DNA of 63,991 nt, counting the filler, from Octopus bimaculoides (Eukaryota), in NCBI RefSeq assembly GCF_001194135.2. It is 8 parts of 7 records of this genome, joined end to end, with 100 filler letters (N's around TTAATTAATTAA, not from the genome) between each part and the next. Parts side by side here need not be neighbours in the genome. Positions count along the whole stretch, not along the records: positions 44,467 to 60,943 come from NC_068991.1; positions 61,044 to 62,849 come from NW_026309687.1; positions 62,950 to 63,991 come from NC_068991.1; 5 more parts are not named here. One strand, 5' to 3'. The notes beneath the pieces were generated by a model, which was not told the origin of the DNA, did no database searches, and worked only from the letters and a program-made list of their open reading frames with translations. Shown one piece after another: positions 52,851-63,991 of this stretch. Numbering within the stretch: position 1 is the first letter of the stretch; the number at the start of each line of letters is the position of its first letter. The position numbers and the translations under genes are program-made.

Positions 52851-54888
52851 GAGTGAACGCATTAACACTGATCGCAATAATATATCTAATGTCCCTGGCC
52901 TGATCACTTTAAACAACTTAAACGTAATTAATATAGTCTCCACCTTGGAGGGTAATGGGCGCACTGCTGAAACCGACGCAAACACTAATAGGCACACTAA
53001 TACTAAGAACGCTAACTATATTATAACCACTGCAACTAATAATACCTATACTTCAACTACTAATAGGACTAGGAATAATATTAATACTAGCATCAACGGC
53101 AATATTACTATTACGGAAAATAATACTACTACTAACGCTCCTACCACAAACGCTACTACTAATAGTTGCAATAATAACATCACTAATACCACCTCCTCTA
53201 CCACTTCTAATACTAACACTACTACCAATGATACCACTACTCTAGCTGCTGCTGCTACTACTACTATTACTACTGCTATTACTACCACTAATACGACTAC
53301 TACTTGTAGTAGTAATGATAATAATAATTATAACAGCGTTGCTGATAACAACAATGAATATAAGAATAATTATGGTAACGCTGGCGTTGATATTAATACT
53401 AGAAATGACGGCAATAATAGCAGCTATATCACAAACGATTTATCTAATACTTCCCTAGCAACTACCTGTACTGCCATTCATTTTGCTCTATTTTGTTTAA
53501 TTTTTTACGTTATCTTCCTTTATTTACTCACCCTCTCTCTTATCTTCTCGGCTATCATTGTACACTATAATGTTAGACGCTATATGTCTATATACATTAC
53601 TTCAACCTAAAACCAATCCTTAACTTCCCCTCACTCTATCTGCCTCTCTTTCTATTTATTTATTTTTCTTTCCTTTTCCCACTTGATAGCCAAATCCGCT
53701 ACACTTCTAGTATTGAACATTGATATGTTCGCGTCTATTCTCTGGATGCTTACAATATCAGGACTTTAACCCACATGGATCTACGCAGGAATTTTCCTAA
53801 AGACTTATGGACTTATTTCTACAACATCGGAAAGTTTAACTGTGAACTTTTATGATTCTTTTTCTTCTCACTTTTCCTCTCCTCAGTAATTTACNNNNNN
53901 NNNNNNNNNNNNNNNNNNNNNNNNNNNNNNNNNNNNNNNNNNNNNNNNNNNNNNNNNNNNNNNNNNNNNNNNNNNNNNNNNNNNNNNNNNNNNNNNNNNN
54001 NNNNNNNNNNNNNNNNNNNNNNNNNNNNNNNNNNNNNNNNNNNNNNNNNNNNNNNNNNNNNNNNNNNNNNNNNNNNNNNNNNNNNNNNNNNNNNNNNNNN
54101 NNNNNNNNNNNNNNNNNNNNNNNNNNNNNNNNNNNNNNNNNNNNNNNNNNNNNNNNNNNNNNNNNNNNNNNNNNNNNNNNNNNNNNNNNNNNNNNNNNNN
54201 NNNNNNNNNNTATATATATATATATATAATTATAATTATAATTATAATTAAGGGTATCTAAAAGATACCACCATGCTAGATATAGCAGTCAAAATGTGAC
54301 TCTAAAACCACATCAAATATCCATACAGTACTAGGAGAGAAGACAAACGGACAAAATAAACTATCAGAAAATTATTGGATAATTCCAGATCCCGGATTTC
54401 TGGCTTTGCACAAAAAATGCTTTGCCTCACCAGTGGAATATACACAAAATGAATGGTAGTACAGGTAGTAGCTAGGAAAATATTAGGTAAATCGATTGTG
54501 ATATAGCTGCTATTATTTAAAGTTAAACGATTCTGAAACACTTATTAATTGTGATAAAACAAGATATTTAAAGAAAAAGAAACTGTAATAATAGTTCGTG
54601 GAATGGACCTAATAAAATAGCTAGGCTACACACTCGATATTTCATATTTAAATCCAATGTGACTATTTCTACTTGGATATTGGTCCTACCTCAGATTCGA
54701 AATCGAATATACAGTTCCCCACCTGGCCATACGGCCTATTATTCTGCACAGCCAAATCGCTTGATCAATCTGTACCAAATTTGGCATAAAGATTTTATAT
54801 TATTCAGGGAAGGTTCTAGCGGGGGTCACTAATTTTTTTACTTTTTTTCAAAAACAGAAATATGTTTTACATACATGTCGTATAAGAC

Positions 54889-55115
54889 GGCGAGCTGGCA
54901 GAATCGTTAGCACGCCGAGCAAAATGCTTAGCGGTATTTCGTCTGCCGCTACGTTCTGAGTTCAAATTCCGCCGAGGTCGACTTTGCCTTTCATCCTTTC
55001 CGGGTCGATTAAATAAGTACCAGTTACGCACTGGGGTCGATATAATCGACTTAATCCGTTTGTCTATCTTTGTTTGTCCCCTCTGTGTGTAGCCCCTTGT
55101 GGGTAGTAAAGAAAT
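54889..55115 (+). mobile_element. SINE family B, full-length (tRNA-like head; central domain resembling the Meta domain)
   Basis: GGCGAGCTGGCAGAATCGTTAG..GAGTTCAAATTCC..GCCTTTCATCCTTTCCGGGTCGATTAAATAAGTACCAG. Other copies at 33521-33750(-), 33942-34150(+), 31680-31890(-), 31905-32110(-), 32635-32770(-), 24056-24246(-), about 40960-41070(-). Confidence 0.85.
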
Positions 55116-56064
55116 ATTACATATCGTATATGTCGGTTGTGTTTTTTTCGCTTTAAAGGTAAACGATTCTGATAGAAGCAAACAAGATATTGAATAATTC
55201 TCCGTCATACGTCTACTACCCCACTTCTTTTTGTTCAAGTAAATATAAACGCTTTTTAATTGTGATAATGAAACAAGAGGTTTAGTCCGTACCGCCAAAA
55301 TTCCTATCTCTTGGGAAAGAGATATGAATCTTGGCGGTACGGAAGAGATATGATTTCATTCCACGGATCCCATTGATCCCACCTGGCCTCCCCTATTAAT
55401 TTAAACGGCTCCAGTTCACAGTGAAACGAAGTTTTGGTATGTCCATAAACAAATCTCAAGCACAATCTCTCAACATTGTTGGACAACCTTGCTTCTCCTT
55501 GCGAGTTGTAAGTCCCAACACTTTTTGTTTGTACACCAATCAAAGGAAACACTGGAGACATTGTATATTTAGAAGTTCTATAAAATTAAACTGTGATTGA
55601 TTTCGGGATATATTTTATTATCTCTGTGTATACTAACATCATTTGATAGAATTTTTCTGAAAATATCATTTTTATCAGAATAAATATTAATATTTCCGTA
55701 AACATTCTTTACATCTCCGAGCAATTCCGGATACTTAGGCTAGTGTGTATATATATATATATATATCAAAGTTAGGCAAATTAAATTCACATATACATTT
55801 AAAATTTATTTAAATTTATTCAGCCCTAGACCTAACATACATGAATTTCTCCGAAAGTATATTCAATATATCAAACATCAAAAATACATAGAGTAAACAA
55901 TAAATTATAAATATACACATAAAATACATAAATATATAGATATATACATTAAAAATATATTGAAAATTAAAGACATAGATAGGTTGACTTATGGATTATA
56001 AAACGAAGTCATAAATAGTTAAGACTCTATAAAAACATTTAGGTATTACTAATCCAGTTGATAA

Positions 56065-56151
56065 TCCTACGGCCGTTTCTGAGGGTCCGGTTGTCCTGTC
56101 ATATAAAAGATATTTACATCCAATATAGGGCACAGGCTCCTTCATCAGGGA
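56065..56151 (-). ncRNA. PLE-type hammerhead-like motif with extended stem II
   Basis: TCC-CTGATGA-A-GGAG..(about 55 nt containing CCTGT/ACAGG)..CTC-A-GAA-ACGGCCGT-A-GGA: palindromic stem III, GUA cleavage triplet, 3-bp stem I. Confidence 0.45.
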
Positions 56152-56784
56152 AAATAAGACAACACTCGGACAACTTATTTGATAACGAGTACTTTTGTAG
56201 ACGGAGAATAATTAACGACACTTAAGAAAAAGCTTCTTTTGTAATGGATTAAGCCAGTGTATATTGTATGTTTTGTGATTTAAGATCATGTGTGCGGCTA
56301 ATGATGTCGAGAATTTGTATTTTATATTATTGAAAGAATTTAAGTGAGCTCTATATCGCAGTTTAAAATCTATGGTGCTACCTATGTAGGTTCTTGTTTG
56401 GTGCTTACTTGGCTTTTCTACAAGTGACTGAATAGTGAAAAGTTTATTTTTTTAAAATTGAACTAAGTTTTTTTATATCACCTATCAATTAACACATAAG
56501 TGCAATGCCGTGAAACATTCCCGCTTATTTACGTGGCAGAAATATGCAATTTAACTAAAGGTTGTATCATATGTACGGCATATTCTTTTTTTTATGGGAA
56601 AAATAGAAAAATAAGAATGAATATTTATTTTATGTATATTAACTGTGCATAAAGTATATAAAGTGTATATATGAAGTGCATATATTAAGTAATCCTCATA
56701 TTCCTTTCACTTTTCAATGAGTAGTAGATGAGCGACTCTGTTTATCATTAATTCCGTGAAGTATTCACTGGTCCCGCTAGTGTT

Positions 56785-57490
56785 TATTATACAGTTCATT
56801 ACATCTTAATTTATCAATACCAATGCATGTTTCTGCTGCAAACCAGTGCACACTGTAAAGTCTGCATCTTGGTGTGCATTCTGATGCTAAATTACAAGCG
56901 CAGCTTCATCAGGGCAAATTTTAACTATATTTAAGATATCATGTCGACTGAGTTTTAGTTCAGCCAAAGTTGTCCGCGTTTGTGGTATTAGTGTTACTAA
57001 AAATAACTCTATATGCTGAACTTTACAAGCTAAATGTGGGGAATTAAAACCAGTTTCTGTTTGAAATTAGGTCAGTGCTCGCTGGTATGTAAAGTTTATA
57101 TCCCTGTTTTATTTTACCATTTCATCAGTGTAAAGAAGTTGTATTATTCTTATTTTTTAGTGTATCAAGTTAACTTTTAGTTTGTTGATGTTAATGTTAT
57201 TATTGTTGTTATTACTATTATTATAATTACTAAAAGGCCTGTTTTCTGGTATATATTTGCTAATTCTAAAAAGATTTAGTAACACTAACACGTCAAACGC
57301 GGACAACTTTGGCTGGAATAATACTCAGACCACATGATATCTCAAATATAGTTTAAATTTGCTCTGATGAAGCTGCACTAGTAATTTAATATCAAAATGC
57401 ACACTAAGATGCAAACTTTACACTGTGCACGGTTTGCAGTAGAAACATGTGTTGGTATTGATAAACTAAGATGTAATTAACTGTATAATA
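56785..57490. repeat. Inverted repeat, ~216-bp arms (56785-57001 / 57275-57490), 273-bp spacer; probably PLE-derived
   Basis: The arms align as reverse complements with moderate divergence. Both contain CTGATGAAGCTGC...GCAGYAGAAACATG. Confidence 0.85.
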
Positions 57491-57613
57491 TAACATGGAT
57501 ATGTAAATCTTTATTGTCCTGGTATTTTAATTTACTATATTTATATACATGGATGTGTGTGTATGTGTGTGTATGCATGCATACAAGTATGTATGTATAT
57601 ATACACATGTGTA

Positions 57614-58538
57614 TAGTCAGCGTAAAATCACAGAAAACCTGGAGATACGCGTTCTACAGTTAATAAGGTCATTGTAAAAATTCACCATAGTGGGGAAGGA
57701 GTCGACATAACCCTGCCAAGGTTGATCAAGGCTTTCTAACAGAACTCTTCTCTTTGTTAAGATAAGTTTGGAGAATAATCCTCGTTGCAAGGCCTCTGAC
57801 ATAACAGAACAAATTGATGTCAGTCACAGAACAGATGTTGGGTTTCTCCACAAACTTGGTTATTATAGCAGAGCAGCAAGAAGCCACTTCTTTGGCAGCC
57901 AATATCAAGCGGAGAAAATATTGGGCTAGTGAGATGATGCAGAGGCTACTACTATTTAGGAACAATGTTATATTTTCCAATGAGTCAAGATTTGCTGTAT
58001 TTTCTGACAGTGGTCGAATGTGGGTTTGTGATCAAGAATTTGACGTCAAAAGATAGCAACCAACAATGAAATATGGCAGCTATTCTGTGATGGTCTGGGG
58101 AGCAATTTGGATCAATGGTCAATCAGAGCTGGTGGAATGTGAGGGAAACATAAACGCAGAGGAATATATGTCTATATTGCAGGAAGGACTCCTTCCAATC
58201 ATCTCCATTAGTGAAATGATTAAAAAAGACTTTATTTATGGAAAATGGGGCTCCTTGTCACAGGGCTAAACTGACCCAAGATTTCTTAGATGAGAATGGC
58301 ATTAAAAAACTTCCATGGCCAGGCCAAACCCCAGATATGAATCCTATTGAACATCTCTGGCGCATAATGGACAAAAGACTTCATAAAAAAGAACAAGAAA
58401 GCATCTTCAAGACCAGATATTTTAAGATTACTGCATGAAACTTGCCAAGAAATTCTTCAAGAGAATATTCGCCATCTGATCAGTAACATGCCTAATAGGG
58501 TTCTTGCATTGAAAAATGCAAGAGGCATGTCAAGTAAA
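57614..58538 (+). mobile_element. Tc1-family (DD34E) transposase pseudogene
   Basis: Motifs FSNESRF, VMVWGAI, ENGAPCH, WPGQTPDMNPIEHLW, MPNRVLALKNARG. 34 residues lie between the second catalytic position (58244) and E (58349). Stops and frameshifts are present. Confidence 0.9.
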
Positions 58539-58974
58539 TNNNNNNNNNNNNNNNNNNNNNNNNNNNNNNNNNNNNNNNNNNNNNNNNNNNNNNNNNNNNN
58601 NNNNNNNNNNNNNNNNNNNNNNNNNNNNNNNNNNNNNNNNNNNNNNNNNNNNNNNNNNNNNNNNNNNNNNNNNNNNNNNNNNNNNNNNNNNNNNNNNNNN
58701 NNNNNNNNNNNNNNNATATATATATATATATATAATGAGTATATGCATATATACGTACAGGTGTGTGCATACCGACATCCACCTGTATGTATAGGTGCAT
58801 ATCTGGGTACAGGACATTGCAAACAAGACGTAGACGAGAAAACACACAAGCCAAATAGAGAACATTCTTTTTCATCAGCTACCTATATATATGTATGTTT
58901 GTGTCTGTGTCTGTGCCTGCGCGCGCGTAGGCTTTGGACGAATTAATTGAAGCTGTTTGTCAAATGAAAGTTAT

Positions 58975-59060
58975 ATATTTCCATACAGGTTTGGTCCACC
59001 TTTGGCCTGAATCATAGCTTTAATACGTTCGACAATCGTCTCCGAATTGTTACTATGTGC
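58975..59060 (-). mobile_element. Short Tc1 transposase C-terminal fragment
   Basis: Minus strand reads SETIVERIKAMIQAKGGPNLY (cf. SMP.R..AVI.AKGG.TKY). Confidence 0.5.
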
Positions 59061-61489
59061 ATTTTCAATCATTCTTTAAATTTTCTTCTTCCCATTTAGT
59101 CACTGCCTTTCCAGCGTCGAAGATGGAGAAAAGACGCTTCTCAAATGTTGTAATTGATGAGGATGATGGTGGTGATAGTGGTAGCGCTGCTAATGGTGTC
59201 GACGGCGGTGACGGCAGCCGTCGACATTGGTGGTACTCGCATTGGTGCTGGTGGTGGCGGAGAAATCTAAGTGCCCTACTACGTTTTTGTCTTCTGTGAA
59301 TTGAGCTGGAAAACTACGCTACCATTAGAGAGTGATGATCAGCTGATAGGATAGAAGCTATTAGCCAATAGACTTCTAAAATTTGAAGACATTTTTAAAC
59401 AGGCGACATTTCCATATATTATGATCTCTTTTTGTAACCTTTGCTTTTCGTCCAGAATTATGCTGGCCAAAGCATATTTTATCTTGGCTTTGAAATATCA
59501 GCATAAAATTACATGATTTTGCAAAGTGTGTCTCACAAAACACTTGAATAATTCCTCAGTTTTAGTTTCTGGAACTCCAGCCAACTGCGAACCAACGATT
59601 GTCACTTGTGGAAAGGTGATAGGACACGTTGTATAAATATAGTAACGTTGCAAAATAGGAGACAAATAGAGCTATAACATGAATTTTAAGACATATACAG
59701 CTTTAAATTTATCATATTCCAAATAGAAAAATAGGTAAATAAACATTACTTTTCAACAGTTACATATATGTATATCACTGTCACCCCATCGGTTTCGAAG
59801 ATGAGGGTCCCAGTTGATCCGTTCAACAGAATGGCTTGCTCATTGTACTAACGTGCAAGTGGCTGAGAACTCCGCAAGCACGCGTACCTTTAACGTAGTT
59901 CTAAAGGAAATTCAGTGAGACACAGAATGTGACAAGGCCGGCACTTTAAATTAGAGATACAACTCATTTTTGTCAGCTGTGTGGACAGGAGTATCGTGAA
60001 ATTAATTGTCTTGCTCAAGGACACAACGCGTTACCTGTAATCGAACACACGACCTTACGAACGTGAGCCGATTACTCCAACCACTAACAACAAACACACA
60101 CACATACACTCGTTAACGCAATCACAAACACAGGCCTATAATCACAAACACACAATCATTTGTATTTTAAGTCACAAATGGTTACCACACCGTACTGAAA
60201 AATTTCGCAGAAATCTTTCGTAGGAGTGATTTAATTTCCACTTGATTTAATATTCTCTCATTCGACACCTGCTCACATTGTGTCGTTCAGGCTAATAGCG
60301 TCCGTGAGTCTTTTTTTACATTATTACTCAAAATTGAATTGATAAATGCAGAATGGAACATTACTTCTGTTACTTGTATATTTGATTTCCACGTTAATAT
60401 TATTTATAGTAGCATATATGAATTTCTGTTTCTAAGTATATGTATATCAAAATTCGAATGCAGCACTGTTATAAGAAACTATCCAAAGTTGTCACGTAGC
60501 TCCATTAAACTAAAAGCCAATAAATTTAACAATATCTTGTCCATGCTTGCACCTATTTATCTATTTATCTATCTATCATTCTATCTATCTACCTATCTAT
60601 CTATCTATCTATTTATCTATCTGTCTGTCTGTCTCTCTGTCTGTCCGTATGACTGTCTTCTGCTCGTTTTCTGCCTGTTTATTTCTCTGTGTCTATCTAT
60701 CAATACATATACGCGCACAAATGTGTGACGGTGAATTGCTCAGTAGTTAGAGTGTGGGGTTCGCAATCATCATGTAGTGAGTTTGATTGCCGCGGCGGAC
60801 TGCATGTTGTGTTCTTCAGCAAGGCACTTTATTTCAGATTGTTCCAGTTCACTCATGTGTAGAAATGAAATGCGACATCACTGGTACCAAGCTGTATCTG
60901 CCTTTGAATCTCCCTTGGATAACATCGATGGTGTGGAGAGGAGNNNNNNNNNNNNNNNNNNNNNNNNNNNNNNNNNNNNNNNNNNNNTTAATTAATTAAN
61001 NNNNNNNNNNNNNNNNNNNNNNNNNNNNNNNNNNNNNNNNNNNCACACACACACACATATATAAATGGAGTCATGTACACTTGTGATGTACAAGTTTCAA
61101 CCCTCTGGCTGTTGTCATGCAGAAACGCTATAATGACTGACAGTAGTTCTTTAGATTTAATGGTGGCAGGAGTTAAGTTTCACGAGATGTTCTCAGTTAT
61201 ACACAACCAGTTGTCCATCTATAACCTTCATGTTTTTACTAACCTGCAAAGACGGGTTCTCCGTAGATTTCAACGATGATCATTCAGCTGTTCAACCAAC
61301 TGAGTTCCTCTTCGTGAAATTTACATGGAAGCGGCTGAATATTCTATAGAAATGTGCACCCACAATGCAATCTTCAGACCAAATCAACGTAACAAAATAT
61401 GATGGTCTCCAAATAACAGTTACAATCCATCCGATGGACTTTCTACACTTTTCCCAACTATCTCCGTCTACTCAATTTCATTCACAGAG

Positions 61490-61527
<38 letters not shown>

Positions 61528-61661
61528 CTCATTGTATGTATGTATGTATGTATGTATGTATGTATGTATGCATGTATGTATGTATCTATCTATCTGAACA
61601 ATATACACAAATACTGATGTATATATATATATATATATATTGAAAAAAAGTCGTATATATA

Positions 61662-61742
61662 CTTTATTTAAAAGTAGCAGAAATATAACAAAAACAAAAC
61701 CGCAACACTTTTTTGTTATATTTCTGCTGCTTTTAAATAAAG
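61662..61742. repeat. Hairpin, ~33-bp arms, ~14-nt loop
   Basis: CTTTATTTAAAAGTAGCAGAAATATAACAAAAA / TTTTTGTTATATTTCTGCTGCTTTTAAATAAAG, with one G-T pair. Confidence 0.85.
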
Positions 61743-63991
61743 CATATTACTCTACCTCTGGTATTTGAGTACTCTTTTTTCCACCTTGTTGCACATTTAT
61801 GTGCTTACTCNNNNNNNNNNNNNNNNNNNNNNNNNNNNNNNNNNNNNNNNNNNNNNNNNNNNNNNNNNNNNNNNNNNNNNNNNNNNNNNNNNNNNNNNNN
61901 NNNNNNNNNNNNNNNNNNNNNNNNNNNNNNNNNNNNNNNNNNNNNNNNNNNNNNNNNNNNNNNNNNNNNNNNNNNNNNNNNNNNNNNNNNNNNNNNNNNN
62001 NNNNNNNNNNNNNNNNNNNNNNNNNNNNNNNNNNNNNNNATATATATTCACATAGATGTTCTTTTTCGTTGTTATACACATTTCCTAACTTTCTCTTTTC
62101 CTGTGCATTTCCCTCTCGTAGAATAGTTCGATTTTAAATTTTTGCCATTTTGGAATTAACTATTGTTCGATGTCAACACCAAATAAAAGTCCGAAATCCA
62201 TTTAACGTTGAATTGTATTTACGAATAAGATTTTTCCAGCATCATCTGTAGTAATCAATATCAAGCAAATTGTGAAAATTCAAATCTAATTAAATCTAAG
62301 TACGTCAATACCTTGTTCAATGATCTCCCACGGAACGTTACCTACTTTAATGATATATTTTAAAAAAGATTGTATAAAAAAAAAAAATGTTTGGAGAACA
62401 TAAAAAATGCGAAATATTCGTAGTGATTGGTTTAGAAACCTATTTACCACAATGCGTGTCGATAATTTGCGCGTGAGAGTCTGTACATTCATTCAGTTAA
62501 TTTGCATGTTAACATTTTACGCGTATGGCTGTTTCCCATTCCTTTCGTAAATCTTGTATCTTTTAAATTTTTGAACGGATTCATTAGTAATTAGACTGAG
62601 AGTCAAATAACTGAAACACCTGATTATTGTTTTAATCACAAGAGGCCTTTTTACATATTCAATTGAGCCTTTTTACATATTCAAAATCTTGAAATTTTTC
62701 CATCGTAAGAGTCAAATTTTGAACGACTTAGAAAAACTGGTAATGGAAGCTGAAACCTGTTATCGTGAAATTTATGAAAGAAAAGAATAAAAAATCGTGA
62801 TAGAAACAATGAAAAGAAGCTCCTTCTGTTTCAAGGGAGCCATATGCGANNNNNNNNNNNNNNNNNNNNNNNNNNNNNNNNNNNNNNNNNNNNTTAATTA
62901 ATTAANNNNNNNNNNNNNNNNNNNNNNNNNNNNNNNNNNNNNNNNNNNNTGTTGGAGAAGCAACTCAATTGCTAATCCCTTATATTTATGATGATAAATG
63001 GTCTTACCGATAAAGGTTTATTTCATACTGAACTACTTGGCAAAATTGTTAATTGTTAATTCTATTATTAATTGACGATTCCCTGCCCTCATTTCTTGTA
63101 TATGTATATATATATGTATACATATATATATATATATATGTATATATGTATATAGATAGATAGATACACAGATAGATAGAAATAGATAGACAGATAGTTA
63201 TAAATATAGATATATGTCCGTGCATATATAATATATTATGTATATATTACATACATATACATACATAATATATACGAATGACATTTGTCCTTATACATAC
63301 AAACACGCACACAAGTGTGTGTATATATATACATATATTTATATTGTGATGGCCTATTGTATTAAATGATTTGGATATTAATAACATACGCGTTGTTGTT
63401 ACTATTACTGTTATTTTCAATACTCTTGAGATGGTCTTTTTGTAATAAAAATTAATCACAGAAGAGGAAAGCTCAGCGGAATATCATTATGGAAGATGCA
63501 TTTCCTAAATAATATGGCTGCCCTCACCAAAATACATAAGTTTCACCGTGAATGATAAATCTTCTAAAACGAACGTGCAGCTTGCTCATTCAAGCATGTA
63601 ATGTCATGTTATTATTTAGCCCCAGGCCAGAATTGATTGAAGAGACTTATGATCAAAAGTGTTCTAGTTATGCGCATGCCAATTCTTGTTATGCTGATTC
63701 TCTGCCGAAAAGTAGATTAACCGACTACATTAACGGATGTGCTTTCATTTTTTTTTAAGACTTAAGAGTATGAATTGAGGAAGATCTTTCTAGTACTTTA
63801 TCAGATCCAGCGACCATGTAGAGGTTGTAAAATGTGTTGGTTACATGTACATTTAATTTGCTGTTCTATAATTATAGAAAATATGCTTACATGTGATTGA
63901 GCATATTCAGTGTGTATAATCATGAATGGTGATTATTCCAAGAATAACATCTAGATGCTATATTTGTGTGTATGTGCGCATGTCTATATAT

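Noticed and set aside
53690-53770. Possible TRPM S6 exon (TLLVLNIDMFASILWML)
   Set aside because: Weak resemblance only; an in-frame stop follows, and there is no turret or TRP-box context and no good donor.
467-62137. Dozens of long ORFs in the track made of X residues
   Set aside because: They simply span N gaps and carry no coding information.
6112-62905. Recurrent TTAATTAATTAA motif (7 copies)
   Set aside because: It always sits in the centre of a 44N+12+44N block, so it is an assembly placeholder with stops in all frames and not biology.
63552-63758. 68-aa ORF near the window end
   Set aside because: No recognisable domain, and it appears to overlap decayed interspersed-repeat sequence.

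Overview
AT-rich, gap-ridden, repeat-dominated eukaryotic genomic DNA. The repeat landscape and the 100-bp 44N-TTAATTAATTAA-44N gap placeholders suggest a coleoid cephalopod (Octopus-like) draft assembly; this is inference, not proven. The only host coding sequence I can support is one 175-nt internal exon (9983-10157, +) encoding the S5/pore-helix/filter region of a TRPM-family channel, so most of the window is probably intronic. The rest comprises several SINE families, LINE remnants (a young Dong/R4-type RT, RTE, L1/Tx1-like), two decayed Tc1 transposons, Penelope-like (PLE) fragments, a Helentron-associated-type element, a U6 pseudogene and many microsatellites. The most unusual signals are five: (1) a ~360-bp palindrome holding two divergent tRNA-like Pol III units; (2) a tRNA-headed SINE-like element carrying a minimal hammerhead ribozyme (2 copies), plus further PLE-type hammerhead cores; (3) an interleaved A-B-A'-x-B' inverted-repeat block; (4) a candidate CCAAT/TATA/Inr promoter with an ATG-AAG|GT first exon; (5) a Gly-to-Ala change in the TRPM filter motif. 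All folding and alignments were done by eye; no searches were run.
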